From an uncultured Nitrososphaerota archaeon (GTDB lineage: Archaea > Thermoproteota > Nitrososphaeria > Conexivisphaerales > DTJL01): a stretch of 64,000 nucleotides of DNA. Made by a program: the position numbers and the translations under genes. The stretch spans positions 224,001 to 288,000 of the forward strand of contig CAWJIE010000005.1 of assembly GCA_963842885.1 (NCBI GenBank), read 5' to 3'. Numbering within the stretch: the stretch's first letter is position 1; each line of letters opens with the position of its first letter. The notes under the pieces were generated by a model. It searched no databases and was not told where the DNA came from. It saw nothing but the letters and a program-made list of their open reading frames with translations. Of the stretch, positions 50,094 to 61,524 are shown piece by piece.

Positions 50094-51296
50094 ATGGCAA
50101 GATCTCGCGTGGTTGTCTTCTCCGAGGCGCTGTGGCCGAACGGCGGAGGCGCGGAGCTGGCCACCCACCTCTTCGTCAAGTCTCTGGTCGAACACGGTTT
50201 CGACGTTACGATGGTCACGGGCCAGCCCTCGGGCCCATCACGCGACGGCCTCACCGTGCTCACCTCCAGCGTACTGAGGGCGGGTTCGAAGACTGAATTG
50301 TGGATCAAGATCCTTTCACGGGGATCGCTTTTTGAAAGCATCATTCGAGACCACGAGATCGTCTATATCCCTAGGCTGTGTTATCCTCTGGCGCCGATTG
50401 CAAAGAAGCTCGGAAAGAAGCTGATCATTCATCTCCACGACTACGCGCCGATCAGCTATTCGGCAGCGGTCCCTGCTCCATTTGAGCCCACAAGAGATTA
50501 CCTCGGAAAGGTCAAGGCATTCAATCTATGGCTCGAACGTAGAAAGGGACGAAGCGCACAATATCTGGCCATCTTCGGGGATCTTCACACTCGTCTGGCC
50601 AGATACTGGCTGGGCTATGCGGATCACTTGGTCTGCGTCTCGGATAGACAAATGCAGATAATATCAGCGCTGGCTCCGGAGCTAGGAGGTCTGCTTTCGC
50701 GGGTGTACAATCCTCTTCCTGACTTGCCCAGGGTCCAGGATAGGTCCCGTGGAGAACCCGCGTTCCTCTACGTAGGAGGAGGCGCCTATCACAAAGGGTT
50801 CCATGTCTTCGTCAAGGTCGCGAGTCAACTGCTGAGCCAAGGCACCAACGTGAAGTTCCTGATGACGGGGACCGCGAACCAACGTTCCGACACCTTGTTC
50901 AGCAGAGTTCGCTACAGGTTCGATGGCGCTTTTCAGACCCTGGGAAGACTGCCTTATGACCAGTTGGTTGAAAAATACGCCTCCGTTCGGGGTCTCATAT
51001 TCCCTTCGATATGGGAAGAGCCTCTCAGCTACGCTGTAGCGGAGTCAATGGCTGCCGGCGCCATACCCATTGCTTCAAACGTCGGAGGGAACAGCGAACT
51101 GGTCAGGGGAAGTGCCGCCGAGCAATATCTCTTTGATCCGTTCCAGTCAGATTCTCTGGCGCGTAACATCGAGTCCATCCTATCGATGTCGGAGGGCCAA
51201 CTCCTGAGCATCGGGGAAGACCTGAGGGGTAGCATTTCCCGCACTCTGAGAGCAGAGGCGACGACGGAGAGGTTTGTGCGGTTCTTCGAGAACTGA
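50094..51296 (+). CDS. Glycosyltransferase family 4
   Basis: GGGAE, HLHDY, HKG, PSIWEEPLSYAVAESM. Confidence 0.88.
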   Translation: MARSRVVVFSEALWPNGGGAELATHLFVKSLVEHGFDVTMVTGQPSGPSRDGLTVLTSSVLRAGSKTELWIKILSRGSLFESIIRDHEIVYIPRLCYPLAPIAKKLGKKLIIHLHDYAPISYSAAVPAPFEPTRDYLGKVKAFNLWLERRKGRSAQYLAIFGDLHTRLARYWLGYADHLVCVSDRQMQIISALAPELGGLLSRVYNPLPDLPRVQDRSRGEPAFLYVGGGAYHKGFHVFVKVASQLLSQGTNVKFLMTGTANQRSDTLFSRVRYRFDGAFQTLGRLPYDQLVEKYASVRGLIFPSIWEEPLSYAVAESMAAGAIPIASNVGGNSELVRGSAAEQYLFDPFQSDSLARNIESILSMSEGQLLSIGEDLRGSISRTLRAEATTERFVRFFEN

Positions 51297-51367
51297 CTCA
51301 CTTTGGGCCGCTTGCTCGTTCGGTTTCAACAAGGAAAGAAGACCGCATAGCGTCAAGTGAATCCAGA

Positions 51368-52010
51368 TTGGTCTTCGTCTCTCTTACCTTCGACGACGGT
51401 TTTCTGCGCCACTACGCCGTTGCAAAGATGCTCCACAGAGTTGGCGTCTCGGCTTCTTTCTACATCCCTACGGGAAGGACGCCATTCTATGAAGGCAAGG
51501 GGGGTCGACTGGCTTCAAGGCCCGACCTTCTTGGGGAGATGGTTGACATGGGACACGAAATCGGTTCGCACACGCACACTCACAGAGACCTCAGACTGCT
51601 AAGTCCTCTGGAAGTCAGGGCTCGAGTGTCGGGAATCGATCGAAGGGTTGAATGCGGCTCTAGGTTCACGCTCGCACACTTATGGTCTGGCATACCCTTT
51701 CGGCCTCTTCAACGAGGTCGTTAAAGGCGAGGTGAGCAAGGCCTTTAGCTACGCGAGAGCTGGGAGCTACTCCAACAGATGGAACACCGTTCGAGACCCA
51801 TACGCTATCGGCAGCTTCGGGCCCAGCAGGCATCTGGCGGAGATACCACTCAAGGTCGCTTCGAACCCGTCGTGCCCGATAGTCCTGATGTTCCATTCAG
51901 AACCCCTCCCCCTGATTCTCTTTGTCGTCCGGATGCTGCTTTCTATGAACATGAAGATTGTCCCATTGAAGACCTCTTTGACTAGTCTGGGGATCGTGTC
52001 TCAAAAGTGA
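51368..52010 (+). CDS. Polysaccharide deacetylase; frameshift near 51625
   Basis: LTFDDG, HEIGSHTHTH, then AYPFG and LMFH in the next frame. Confidence 0.85.
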
Positions 52011-52063
52011 GGAACTATGCTTGCGCCACTGGTCGCCGACTCGATGTCCGGGAACTGTAGCGC

Positions 52064-53292
52064 ATGAGCAGAGTACGTCCCCTGAACATTGCGATAATGG
52101 ATGATGCTGGCTTCGGTCGAGGAGGTCCGGGTCTGTTCGGGAAGGAGCTCTACTCGGGACTTCTGGCTGACATCAACGAAAACCTCCTGGGCAACGTTGC
52201 GGTGAGAATCAACTTGGGCGACATCACCCCCAGGCGTATGTCCGGTTCGACGGGCGGCAGTGATGTCCCGTTTCTGCGGGCCTTCTGGGACGCTGGCACC
52301 GTAAGAGAGCTGAGTGGCCTGATGCGACAGGCGAACACCGACATCGCCCACGCCAATGTCGTAAACGCGCGATACCGCGTTCCATCGTCAGAGCAGTCAA
52401 ACAGGCAAACGTTCCCCTTGTGACGACAGTTCATAGCTACAACTCTCTTTGTCCTACGGGATGGGCGACCAGGTTGCCGGAGCTGGAGCCTTGCGCCAAC
52501 TTGGGCCTTCAGATTCATTGTCCGGTGTGCCTCTGGAACGAGTCGCGGCTAAGCCAGAAGCCACGAACAAAGAGGCTGTTGGACGGGTTGAACCAGCAGG
52601 CTGCGCTCCGCCTTCTCCTCAGAGAGTCTAGGTCCGTCGTCGTGCCCTCGAAGGCACTGGCGTCCCAAATCGAGGCTGACATCGGTTCGGTCGGGCTGAA
52701 TGTCGCATACAATCCCGTCCCAGACGAACTCCTCGAGATCGAGCCAAGTCCGGGCGAGGAGGGGACCGTCGCCTTTGCCGGGAGACTGACCCATGAAAAA
52801 GGCGCGCACCTGCTTCCGAGGCTGGCCGACTTGATGAAAGGGACGAAAGTCCATGTGATGGGAGGGGGCCCTCTGGCGAGCTTCGTCCGGGAGCAGGCAC
52901 GGAGTCGCCCTAACCTCATCTTTCATGGATTCGTTTCACAGAAGGAGAAGACAGACATCTTCAGGCGGGCGGCAGCGATATTGGTTCCTAGCCTGTGGTT
53001 CGAGGCCTTCGGCTACTCGGCGGCGGAGGCCCTGGCGCTAGGCAAGCCGGTCGTTGGGTTCTCTGTCGGGGGCGTTGGCGAACTCGTCTCCCAATCGGGC
53101 GGGGGCAGGGCCGTCAAACCATTCAATTTAGGAGACTTGGCCGAAGCAGTCGAATCCATTGCCGGTGACAGGAAGTGCTCTTATGAACTCGGAACCAAGG
53201 GAAGGGATTTTGCTCGAAAAGAGCTAAGCGAAGACCACTTCGCATCCAACCTTCAGAGAATCTATTCAAGGAGCTTGAGCAAACTCCAATGA
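52064..53292 (+). CDS. Glycosyltransferase family 4; frameshift near 52370
   Basis: TVHSY..CP, GRLTHEKG, PSLWFEAFG..AEAL. Confidence 0.82.
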
Positions 53293-53414
53293 AGAATCTC
53301 CTTTTCATCGGCGCGCCGTTCGGAGTCGTGAGTGGAAGCTCGGCTAGGGCTGCCAAGGTGCTGCCGTCCCTTGCTGAAATTGTTCTAGAAGAGACCGACT
53401 GAGAGGTGGGATAG

Positions 53415-54539
53415 ATGTCAGACAGCCTTAAGGAACTCAAGGAGACCTGGAAAGAGCCAGCGAACCCCGGCATTGAGATTATCTCACCAAGTGAAATCCT
53501 GCGTGAGGTCCTGAAATCCAACATGGTGCTCGCCAGTCTCTATGCGGTACCTCCTCTACTGTCATACCTCTGCGCGCACAATGAGAAAGACAGCTGCCTG
53601 TACCTCGGCTACAAGGGGAGCATAATCCCCATTGTAATCAGGAGGACTCTAGGCATCTATGCGCTAGCTCAACACTCGCCACCTCAGCTCGCCGTCCGAG
53701 GTGATGGCGCAAGAAGCGTAGATGTTGCCGAGAACATAAGGGTCCTCAGAAAGGCCTTTCCAGCCCTTCTCATCAAGCTTAGGCAATATCCCTTCGACTA
53801 TGCGTATCTCGGCTCGTCGGCAGACTTGGGTATCAGGCCAAGGACCAATGATCGCGATATCCGAATCGACTTGACGAGCCCTGTCAAGGTCATATACTCA
53901 AGGTTTGACAAAAACCACCGTAACAGGATCCGTAGGGCACTGAACAATGATGACGAAGGAGTGATATCTTCAACGGCCGAAACCTTGCCCTACTACGTTC
54001 ATGACGAGACGAACCTTGACGGAATTGGAAGGTTCGGGCGCCTCTTGGGGCATACCCTCAGGAAGATGTCCTTTCAGGGAGATGCGCCGAATTCCCAGGG
54101 GTACATCCTATCCTACGCAAAGGAGTTCTCTCTCTTGAAAAAGTCATTCTCAACTCTAAGAGATTGTAATCTTGTCAAGGTCTTCATCGCGTATGATGAT
54201 CAAGGGAACCCGGCTTCGGGGCTTGTGGTGCTGCTTTCCGGGAGATTCATCAGGTCTCCGATGGGCTTGACACTTTTGGGTGGTTCCACTCGGGAAGGAA
54301 ACAGACAGGGCTTGTCTGTGGCTCTGGAATGGTCGGTGATAACCTGGCTCAGTCGCAACGGCTATGACAGATACTACATGGGCGGAATAGGTCCGGTGGA
54401 CACCAAAGGCGGACCAGCCCAATTCAAGAAGGGCTTCGGGGGGCAAGTGGTACCTGGTCACGTTCTTTGGCACTCCCCTTTCCCGTTCCTGGGTGAGCTT
54501 GCGGAAACGCGTGGTATTCAGCACTGGCTCGGGCAATAG
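53415..54539 (+). CDS. FemAB-like/GNAT-fold protein
   Basis: IDLT..FDKNHRNRIRRA, W..I..G...Y.MGG, FKKGFGG. Confidence 0.72.
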   Translation: MSDSLKELKETWKEPANPGIEIISPSEILREVLKSNMVLASLYAVPPLLSYLCAHNEKDSCLYLGYKGSIIPIVIRRTLGIYALAQHSPPQLAVRGDGARSVDVAENIRVLRKAFPALLIKLRQYPFDYAYLGSSADLGIRPRTNDRDIRIDLTSPVKVIYSRFDKNHRNRIRRALNNDDEGVISSTAETLPYYVHDETNLDGIGRFGRLLGHTLRKMSFQGDAPNSQGYILSYAKEFSLLKKSFSTLRDCNLVKVFIAYDDQGNPASGLVVLLSGRFIRSPMGLTLLGGSTREGNRQGLSVALEWSVITWLSRNGYDRYYMGGIGPVDTKGGPAQFKKGFGGQVVPGHVLWHSPFPFLGELAETRGIQHWLGQ

Positions 54540-54749
54540 GGCCTGGGGATGCTAACAAGCTTGCAACCCTTGGCTTGCTTGGGAGAAGGGCGGAGGCTAA
54601 CTAGCCAAGACGAAATGGAGAGGATATCGGTACAACAGAATGCCTTTGTGGGAATATCGGAATGGGGTATGGACCTAGGCATAATCCTATGTGAGCCCTT
54701 CAAAAGCGCTTAGGCAAGCTTGACGATAGTAGAATGAAAGGAGAGACCT

Positions 54750-55838
54750 GTGGGAGTGCACGCATCTAGAAATCTCAGAGGAACCAGATTGACCGTGGCC
54801 ATCGTAGGGCCATCCACGGAATACGTATCCGGATCGTTGTTGCGGCCTCTCAACATCTGGTACGCACTTAGCTCGACAGGACTGTTAAAGCCAGTTTACA
54901 TCCCGATTAGTAGCTTCGCCAGTCTAGTCCCACAGCTTAGGTCTGTGATCGCTCCGCAAACGCTGATTGTTAGTGGAGTGAATCCTTGGGTCTCCGCGTT
55001 CATAACATTGCTGCGCCGTTCCGTTCACAAATCAGCCATAGTCGACGTTCATGGATTCGCTTGGTACGAGTCTTCTCTTATGCACGAAAGTGGTTTCGTG
55101 CGGCGAATCATGCTCTTGATGTGTGAGTCTGTTGCATACAAGACTGCATCATCGGTTGTATCTGCATCCGCAGGACTTGGCTTGTTGCTATGGAAATGGC
55201 TGAGAGTGAGAGCAACAGCAATCCCGAACGCCGTCAGCCCATTGTTCGAAAGAACTCTTCCATTTGTTCTTCCTTCAAAGGGTCACTGTAGAGAGCAACT
55301 GCTGAGAGAGGTGAGTTCTCGACCTAACACTATTCTCATTTTAGCCCCGCTGCCCACGGTATTTGCTGCTAATATGAAAGCCCTAGATGAACTCAGGAAA
55401 GTCGCAGGACAAGAAGGGGTAACATTTCTAGTTACAGGGGCTGCATTGGAAGCAACGCCTGGCATCGTTTTTCTCGGGTATCTGAGCTTTACTCGCTATG
55501 TGTCTACTTTGGCTGCTGTTGATGCGGTGATTCTACCATTCCCAAGTGAGGCTATCTGTGGTGGAGCGAGGAACAAGCTCTTGGAGGCCGGATACTGCGG
55601 TCTCCCAGTCATCTCAACGAAGAGCGGCGTTCTTTTTACAGAGGCTACGCCTTACACACATTATATTCCGCTAGAGCAGGGCACACAGATTGCAGAAACC
55701 ATTGAAGCTTATGCCGACCTTGTAGCTCCAGCCCTTCACGAGCTTGTGTTACGAGAGTACGATTTCGGAAGATTCAAGACGAACTTTATCTCGCTCATTG
55801 TCTGTAAGTCAAAGTATCTTCGTGACATGGGGCAATGA
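54750..55838 (+). CDS. Glycosyltransferase family 4-like
   Basis: VDVHG, IPNAV, GARNKLLEA..G.PVIST. Confidence 0.8.
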   Translation: MGVHASRNLRGTRLTVAIVGPSTEYVSGSLLRPLNIWYALSSTGLLKPVYIPISSFASLVPQLRSVIAPQTLIVSGVNPWVSAFITLLRRSVHKSAIVDVHGFAWYESSLMHESGFVRRIMLLMCESVAYKTASSVVSASAGLGLLLWKWLRVRATAIPNAVSPLFERTLPFVLPSKGHCREQLLREVSSRPNTILILAPLPTVFAANMKALDELRKVAGQEGVTFLVTGAALEATPGIVFLGYLSFTRYVSTLAAVDAVILPFPSEAICGGARNKLLEAGYCGLPVISTKSGVLFTEATPYTHYIPLEQGTQIAETIEAYADLVAPALHELVLREYDFGRFKTNFISLIVCKSKYLRDMGQ

Positions 55839-56169
55839 TGTTGTTTCCTCATGCAGAGTCACGCCACGCTCATCTCGCGTGTTATTCCATTTTCCTGCGG
55901 GCGGTTTTTGGGTTATCCAGACGCAAATAGTCAGTTGACTCCCATCTCGTTCTCTGAGTCTTGCAGAACATGGGAGCGTTCGAGATCGCGCCCGGACTTC
56001 GACTAGTAGCATTCACACAGAAATGAGAGTTCGAGTACGTCGCACCGATGGTCCTTCCAATACTGGGTTCGTCCGTAATCACGCCGCGTGTACCTATGCG
56101 AAGGTCCATTTGGCCGCTTTATCCTTGAGCTAGCTATCACATCGTTCGACTCATAGGGAATGCAACCGG

Positions 56170-56853
56170 ATGCGCAAGACCATGGTCATCTTTGTAGGTG
56201 TGCACGGAACTGGAAAGACAACACAGGCCAATACACTCAGAGAGCGGCTGACTGTGCAAGGTCTACGTGTTCGAGCGACAAGCTCGATTCAGTACGTCAT
56301 GATAGATAGAGTCTGGTACAGGGTACTTGAGTTTGTGACGCGAAGAAAGATCCGGTTTCAATACCATCCGCAAGGTCCCGAAATAGAATTCCCAGACCCA
56401 CTAATACTCGAACGTTTGTTCGTGTTCGACCTTCTGATTCATTACGCCTGCGCAATTCTTTCGTTGCTTAAACTCTATGGACTGTTGCTATCCTCTGATG
56501 TTGTGATAGAAGACGAAGGATCGATATTTCGAGAAATGGCCTATGTAGCCGACGTTCATCGCCGGCGCGTTTCCTCTAGCCAGGTCAAAAGAAGATTCGG
56601 AATTATCAGGCGATTGCTCCCCGCTTCAACTATTGTCGTTCTTCTCGAAGCCGAGTATGAGCGTCTTGAAGAAAGGTACAAACGAAGGGGTTCTCCAATC
56701 GAGCCGAGTAGTTATATCGCGTTCCAAGCGAATTCACTTCGAGAGATGCTCCAGGATAGTGGAGTCCGTGTCTTGGAAGTAGAGGCAAATGGAACATTTG
56801 ATCATGTGTTCGAGAATACCTGGAAACTATTCAGCGAGATATTACGTCGATGA
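56170..56853 (+). CDS. Thymidylate-kinase-like P-loop protein
   Basis: VIFVGVHGTGKTTQ Walker A, lid arginines RYKRRG. Confidence 0.72.
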   Translation: MRKTMVIFVGVHGTGKTTQANTLRERLTVQGLRVRATSSIQYVMIDRVWYRVLEFVTRRKIRFQYHPQGPEIEFPDPLILERLFVFDLLIHYACAILSLLKLYGLLLSSDVVIEDEGSIFREMAYVADVHRRRVSSSQVKRRFGIIRRLLPASTIVVLLEAEYERLEERYKRRGSPIEPSSYIAFQANSLREMLQDSGVRVLEVEANGTFDHVFENTWKLFSEILRR

Positions 56854-56987
56854 GTTCAAGCGTCGCAACGTTCTGCCATTCTCTCTCTGCTGAGAATAGG
56901 CTTTGAGTCACCTACAGGACCTGATAGGTGTTCTGATTCCTTCTTCTCAGGACCACCGGCATTGTTGAAGGCGGTAATCTGGTAGCT

Positions 56988-58259
56988 TTGTCTGATTCCT
57001 ACCAAGCGGACCAGACAGCCGGCCACGGTACCGGACCCAAAAACCAAGCGGCGCACACTATTCTATTCATGACTGAACGGTGCATCGAAGATAGCGGAGG
57101 ATCATCCTTTCGAATGAGAGGAATTGCTCGCGGTCTCTCGAGGCGAGGCTTTAGAGTACTATCAGTAGATGCAGTCCATAATTCGTATGTCGAGTTCCAT
57201 GGCGAAAGAGAATCCCGCGTTCCGCTACGTCGTTCGATTGTGGTTGCGTTACTTTCGTACATCTTATTGGTTCTTGATCGACTTCTAGCCGCCTTGATTC
57301 GCTTTCCCATCGAGGAAGTCCGTAGGATTACTTGCGTATTCGATGTCGCCTTGCTCCTGGATTCTATTCGGCTCGCGTCTCATGTCAAGCCTGATGTAAT
57401 CCAGGTGGAGGAATACTACTCTCTTTTGCCAGTCGCCGCAATCGTGAAGATGCTGACTCGCTCTCGGATGCTAGTACTGGACGAGCACAACATAGACGTC
57501 TTTAGGCTTTCTGACTTCCATCGAAAGAACTGGTTGTTCTGGGCGAGCGTGTATGCGCTGGAAAAGTTGGGGGTAAGCTCCAGCGATTGCACGTTTGTGA
57601 CCTCTGAAGTCGAGAAAAGCAGGCTGCGATGCCTGTGGAAGAGCAATGAGGTCGTGGTCATTCCCAACTTTGTCTCGTTGGAATCAATTCGCAAGAGCCG
57701 GGAAGGTTTCCCCAGCCAACTTGATGGTGTTGTAAAGGACTCCAAACCAGTCCTCATGTTCCATGGAGACTTCAGATACCCGCCAAACAGGGAGGCGGTG
57801 CACGTCATTCTTGACAAGTTCTTACCTCAACTGAGGGCGGTCTATCCGGCAGTTTTAATCCTGGTTGCCGGTCCGGGACTAGCTCCAGAAAGAAGACCCA
57901 ACGTAGTTTTCCTTGGGTATGTAAGGGACATATACGACGCGATACGGCATGCTGATGTGGCGCTCGTTCCTCTGCTCAACGGAGGCGGAACACGAATCAA
58001 GGTGCTGGAGTACATGGCGTGCGGGGTTCCTGTTGTTTCGACACCTAAAGGTGTCGAGGGACTGAGTTTGGAAAATAGAAAGGAAGTTCTAATCTGCGAC
58101 ATAGACTCAACCGTAAGTGAGCTAATCGCTCTTCTGGAGGACAAATCATTGAGAGAATCTATCGTGAGGAGTGCCTTTGGCAGGATATACCGAGAGTATG
58201 ACGCGAATAGGGTCTGTGCGCAGATCGCAACAGCATACCGCGAGTATCTGGGATTTTAG
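56988..58259 (+). CDS. Glycosyltransferase family 4
   Basis: DEHNID, YPPNREA, GGTRIKVLEYMACG.PVVST.KGVEG. Confidence 0.88.
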   Translation: MSDSYQADQTAGHGTGPKNQAAHTILFMTERCIEDSGGSSFRMRGIARGLSRRGFRVLSVDAVHNSYVEFHGERESRVPLRRSIVVALLSYILLVLDRLLAALIRFPIEEVRRITCVFDVALLLDSIRLASHVKPDVIQVEEYYSLLPVAAIVKMLTRSRMLVLDEHNIDVFRLSDFHRKNWLFWASVYALEKLGVSSSDCTFVTSEVEKSRLRCLWKSNEVVVIPNFVSLESIRKSREGFPSQLDGVVKDSKPVLMFHGDFRYPPNREAVHVILDKFLPQLRAVYPAVLILVAGPGLAPERRPNVVFLGYVRDIYDAIRHADVALVPLLNGGGTRIKVLEYMACGVPVVSTPKGVEGLSLENRKEVLICDIDSTVSELIALLEDKSLRESIVRSAFGRIYREYDANRVCAQIATAYREYLGF

Positions 58260-58559
58260 TAGGGCTGTCTCTTTGACACAGTCGGCTCGCCGCACTAGGA
58301 TGCTTGTTCTTCTTCACAGCTATAGGTGGGGAGAGAGAATCCGGGTCGACGCGAGAAGATTTCTAGAACCTGCAAAACACCTTCACAGCCAATGGCATTG
58401 ACCGATGCGTCTTCGAACGTTCGCCTTCGATGCAAAAGAACTAACCTAATCCATTTGGCCTATTGATCGTTAGAGATTCCAGATTGCTAGGGTTTCGACA
58501 TCCTTGTCAGGAATGCCTCGGAAATTGCTGTTCGTCGTGTGAATGGAGGCGTCCTTAAG

Positions 58560-59213
58560 ATGCCCCTGATCTGCTTGTTTGGGCCCGACGGCGCGGGGAA
58601 GACCTCGCTTGCCAGAGCCTTAAAGGGCGAGCTGGCCCGAAGAGGCTTCAGAGCCCGAGTCTCTTGGATGAGAGGTACCCATACTTTCGCGTCGTTGCTG
58701 GCCAGGATGATGGCCAAGTTCCCTTCATTTGCTGGCAGCGACAACTTCTACTACCAGATATCCATTCCAAGGCGCCTTCTTCATTTGTGGCAGTTCGTAG
58801 AATTCGTTTCAATGCTTCCCGTGCTTCTTATGCGTTTTCTTCTTCCCAGCCTGCTGGGCAATTTCGTGATAGCCGAGAGATACATTCCCGACTTCTTGGT
58901 CTGGGTGACCCTAACTACGAACGACTCGACCTATTTGGGGTCACTTGGCGCTAGGTTCCTGCTTTCCCTTCTCTCCAAGACGGGAACCAAGTTCTACGTG
59001 ACCGCCGAATATGCCGAGCTGATTAGGAGAAGGAACGACGTTGCCCCTACTTTCCTCAAAGGGCAGCTGGACCTCTACGATAGGCTTGCGAAGTCCGTCG
59101 GAGCGAAGAAGCTGGACACCACTTGGACTAGTGCGGACGAATCTGCGAAGATCTTGATTGACTTGGTGGACCGAGACTTGGCACGAGAAGGCCACTGGCC
59201 CACAACAGGTTGA
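58560..59213 (+). CDS. Thymidylate-kinase-like P-loop protein
   Basis: ICLFGPDGAGKTS, VIAERYIPD, LIRRR. Confidence 0.8.
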   Translation: MPLICLFGPDGAGKTSLARALKGELARRGFRARVSWMRGTHTFASLLARMMAKFPSFAGSDNFYYQISIPRRLLHLWQFVEFVSMLPVLLMRFLLPSLLGNFVIAERYIPDFLVWVTLTTNDSTYLGSLGARFLLSLLSKTGTKFYVTAEYAELIRRRNDVAPTFLKGQLDLYDRLAKSVGAKKLDTTWTSADESAKILIDLVDRDLAREGHWPTTG

Positions 59214-59489
59214 TCCCAAGTGTCTAACTTGCTGGCGCGACGAAGGCCTCAAGGCTTCGTCCTATGTGGCCGTCCAGGGGATTCTCCTGCGGGTGCCTGC
59301 GCCTACCATCGGTCTATTCCCTCTGCCCACTCGTCTAGTCCCGTTTGCCGAATATCCACCTCGGCAAAGGCAAAGAACGAGGCAGGGGGCATGCGGCCTT
59401 TCCTCTTTGGGCAAAAGGCTTTAGAGGAGTTCGCGATAATTGATATATTCACTGGTCGCATCACTAGAGCCCCGGGTGAAGTGTCCTAG

Positions 59490-60605
59490 ATGGCAATCGT
59501 GGCGATTACTTCAATCGGTGAGCTGGAGAGAATAGCCACACAATGGGACTCTTTCGTGATAGACCGTGGCACGAATCCCTTCTTTCTGAGCGGATACATG
59601 AAGCACTTCATGGGCCACTCTCGGATGGAAGGATGGAGGCCCCTAATTCTGGTCGGGATGTCAGGTGAAGCTGTGGTAGGAATAGCAGCCTTCAAGACCC
59701 GGCGCACGCTTGGAGTCAAGGCAGCAGAGTTCATTGTCCCTGCCTCTTATTCACCAGATTTTCTTGCGGACCCCCTGCACCGTCAGTCCTTCCCCATGGA
59801 AAGCTTGGAGTTCCTCATTGACAAGTCAGGGTGCCAGTTAGCCGAGTTAGTATTGCCAAGCCATTCGCCGTATGTGAAAGTGATAAAACGATGGTCCTCC
59901 GCCCGTCGAATCTCTTATCGGGAACTGCCGCCGAGGAGGCTGATGGCTCATTCGATTCTCCCCGTGGTGGACACATGGGTTGATTTTACAAGGGCGCGAG
60001 GGAGAGACTTCGCCCGGCACTACACGAAAATTGAGCGCAAACTGCGTGAGAAAGGGAAGCCTGCAATAGACTCTACTGGAATTAACCGTCCTGAGGTCGT
60101 GAAAAGAGTACTCGAATTGGACAAGAAAAGCTGGAAAGAGGAGTGGCGCAAGAAGAAGGGAGACCTCATTGATTTGGATCTAGAAATGCTTCTAGGGTAT
60201 TGGAATCGCTCATCGAAGATGGGACTTGAGTATTGCCCTAGGGTATGGTTCTTGGAACTCGACGGGGAACCCATCGCTTACGCCATAGCCCTTCGATTCA
60301 AGAAGACAGCCTTTCTCATCAAAACTTCCTATGACTCGAGCCTTAGCAAGTTCTATCCAGGGGACTACGTTCAGAATATCGTACTTCGAGATCTATTCGA
60401 CTCAAAGCGCATTTCCTTGATAGACTTCCATACCAGGCTCCCATATCACCGCAGATGGACCACCTTATACTTGAACAGAGAGAGGATTCGGCTGTGCAGG
60501 AGGAGTGTCCTCTCAGCCTTTCTGGCAATGTCCGATTGGAATCAGGCATCGTCTAGGTTGAGCAAGGCAATTCTGTATCGGATTAGGATTATCGATATTC
60601 CTTGA
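59490..60605 (+). CDS. GNAT acetyltransferase, CelD/BcsL-like
   Basis: W..F...NPF, SWK, LELDGEPIAY..KTSYD..YPG..DF. Confidence 0.78.
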   Translation: MAIVAITSIGELERIATQWDSFVIDRGTNPFFLSGYMKHFMGHSRMEGWRPLILVGMSGEAVVGIAAFKTRRTLGVKAAEFIVPASYSPDFLADPLHRQSFPMESLEFLIDKSGCQLAELVLPSHSPYVKVIKRWSSARRISYRELPPRRLMAHSILPVVDTWVDFTRARGRDFARHYTKIERKLREKGKPAIDSTGINRPEVVKRVLELDKKSWKEEWRKKKGDLIDLDLEMLLGYWNRSSKMGLEYCPRVWFLELDGEPIAYAIALRFKKTAFLIKTSYDSSLSKFYPGDYVQNIVLRDLFDSKRISLIDFHTRLPYHRRWTTLYLNRERIRLCRRSVLSAFLAMSDWNQASSRLSKAILYRIRIIDIP

Positions 60606-61524
60606 GTCCGGCGTCTTGGGTCGCACCGAAGTTCATCTTATCTTCTACACTGTCGCCTGGAAGTCATGATTCGAGGGATTAGCAGACTGTAAGGAAGCCC
60701 AACGACCTGCGGATCCGGTCCTAACTTTTCTCCGCGAGTACCTGGTCCGCGGCCTTCCCATTCTCGTGGAAGGAGCTGAACTCTGACAGCGAGAAGTAAG
60801 CCCTCTGCGGAGCCAGAAAGGATGGCTCTGCCCCGCACTCCACTTTGGAGTACCGTTCTCTTTATGCTCCGCCTATCCTCGGGCGCAATAACGGACTCCC
60901 TGAGCGCGGACGTAACATGCCATGGGCCATTCTTGACGTTCATCCCTCAAAGGCCCGGGGAGTCTATGGCCCTGCGGCGCTCGAGGATCTTGCGGCAGAT
61001 GATATGTCAAGCGGTCTTGCTGTCTTGGTTAGGACCTTCTCCCTTGGCGCACGGGTACGTGGTTCCGACGGCTCTATCCTCCTTAACGAGTGGGGCTGGC
61101 TCAAAGGACGGAGAATCGTTTCGTCTAGGTGGTTTGCTAAAAGGTCGAAGGCTCGCTGGGGCGTCCTTGGCGGGCTTACTGGTTGTCTGAACTGTATATA
61201 TTGGAAGCTCATCAAAAGACAACCTTTTCCCCGTTGGCTTTGGGAAAAAGCTAATGCTTTGACGACAAAGCTGCCCTAGAGGTAGCCTTTCTATATAGCA
61301 CCAAGCGAAAGGTTATAAGGACACCAAGTTTGTGAGGATATTGGTAGAAGGATGGCCGTCAACAATACCGGAAAGTTGGCACCCGGACAATGTACTAGAA
61401 TAATTCTACAGAAACTTCTAGGAAGGTTGGCATCAGGCTGTTATAGGAATGCTATGTGTTTCGAGGCAATAGCAGGAGGATGCCTGCAAAGAATGCCAGA
61501 GCATAGGTATATCGAGGTGTCGAG

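Noticed and set aside
60638-61279. ORFs in the spacer before the Tat protein
   Set aside because: Several overlapping ORFs with no motif or typical codon bias; none can be supported.
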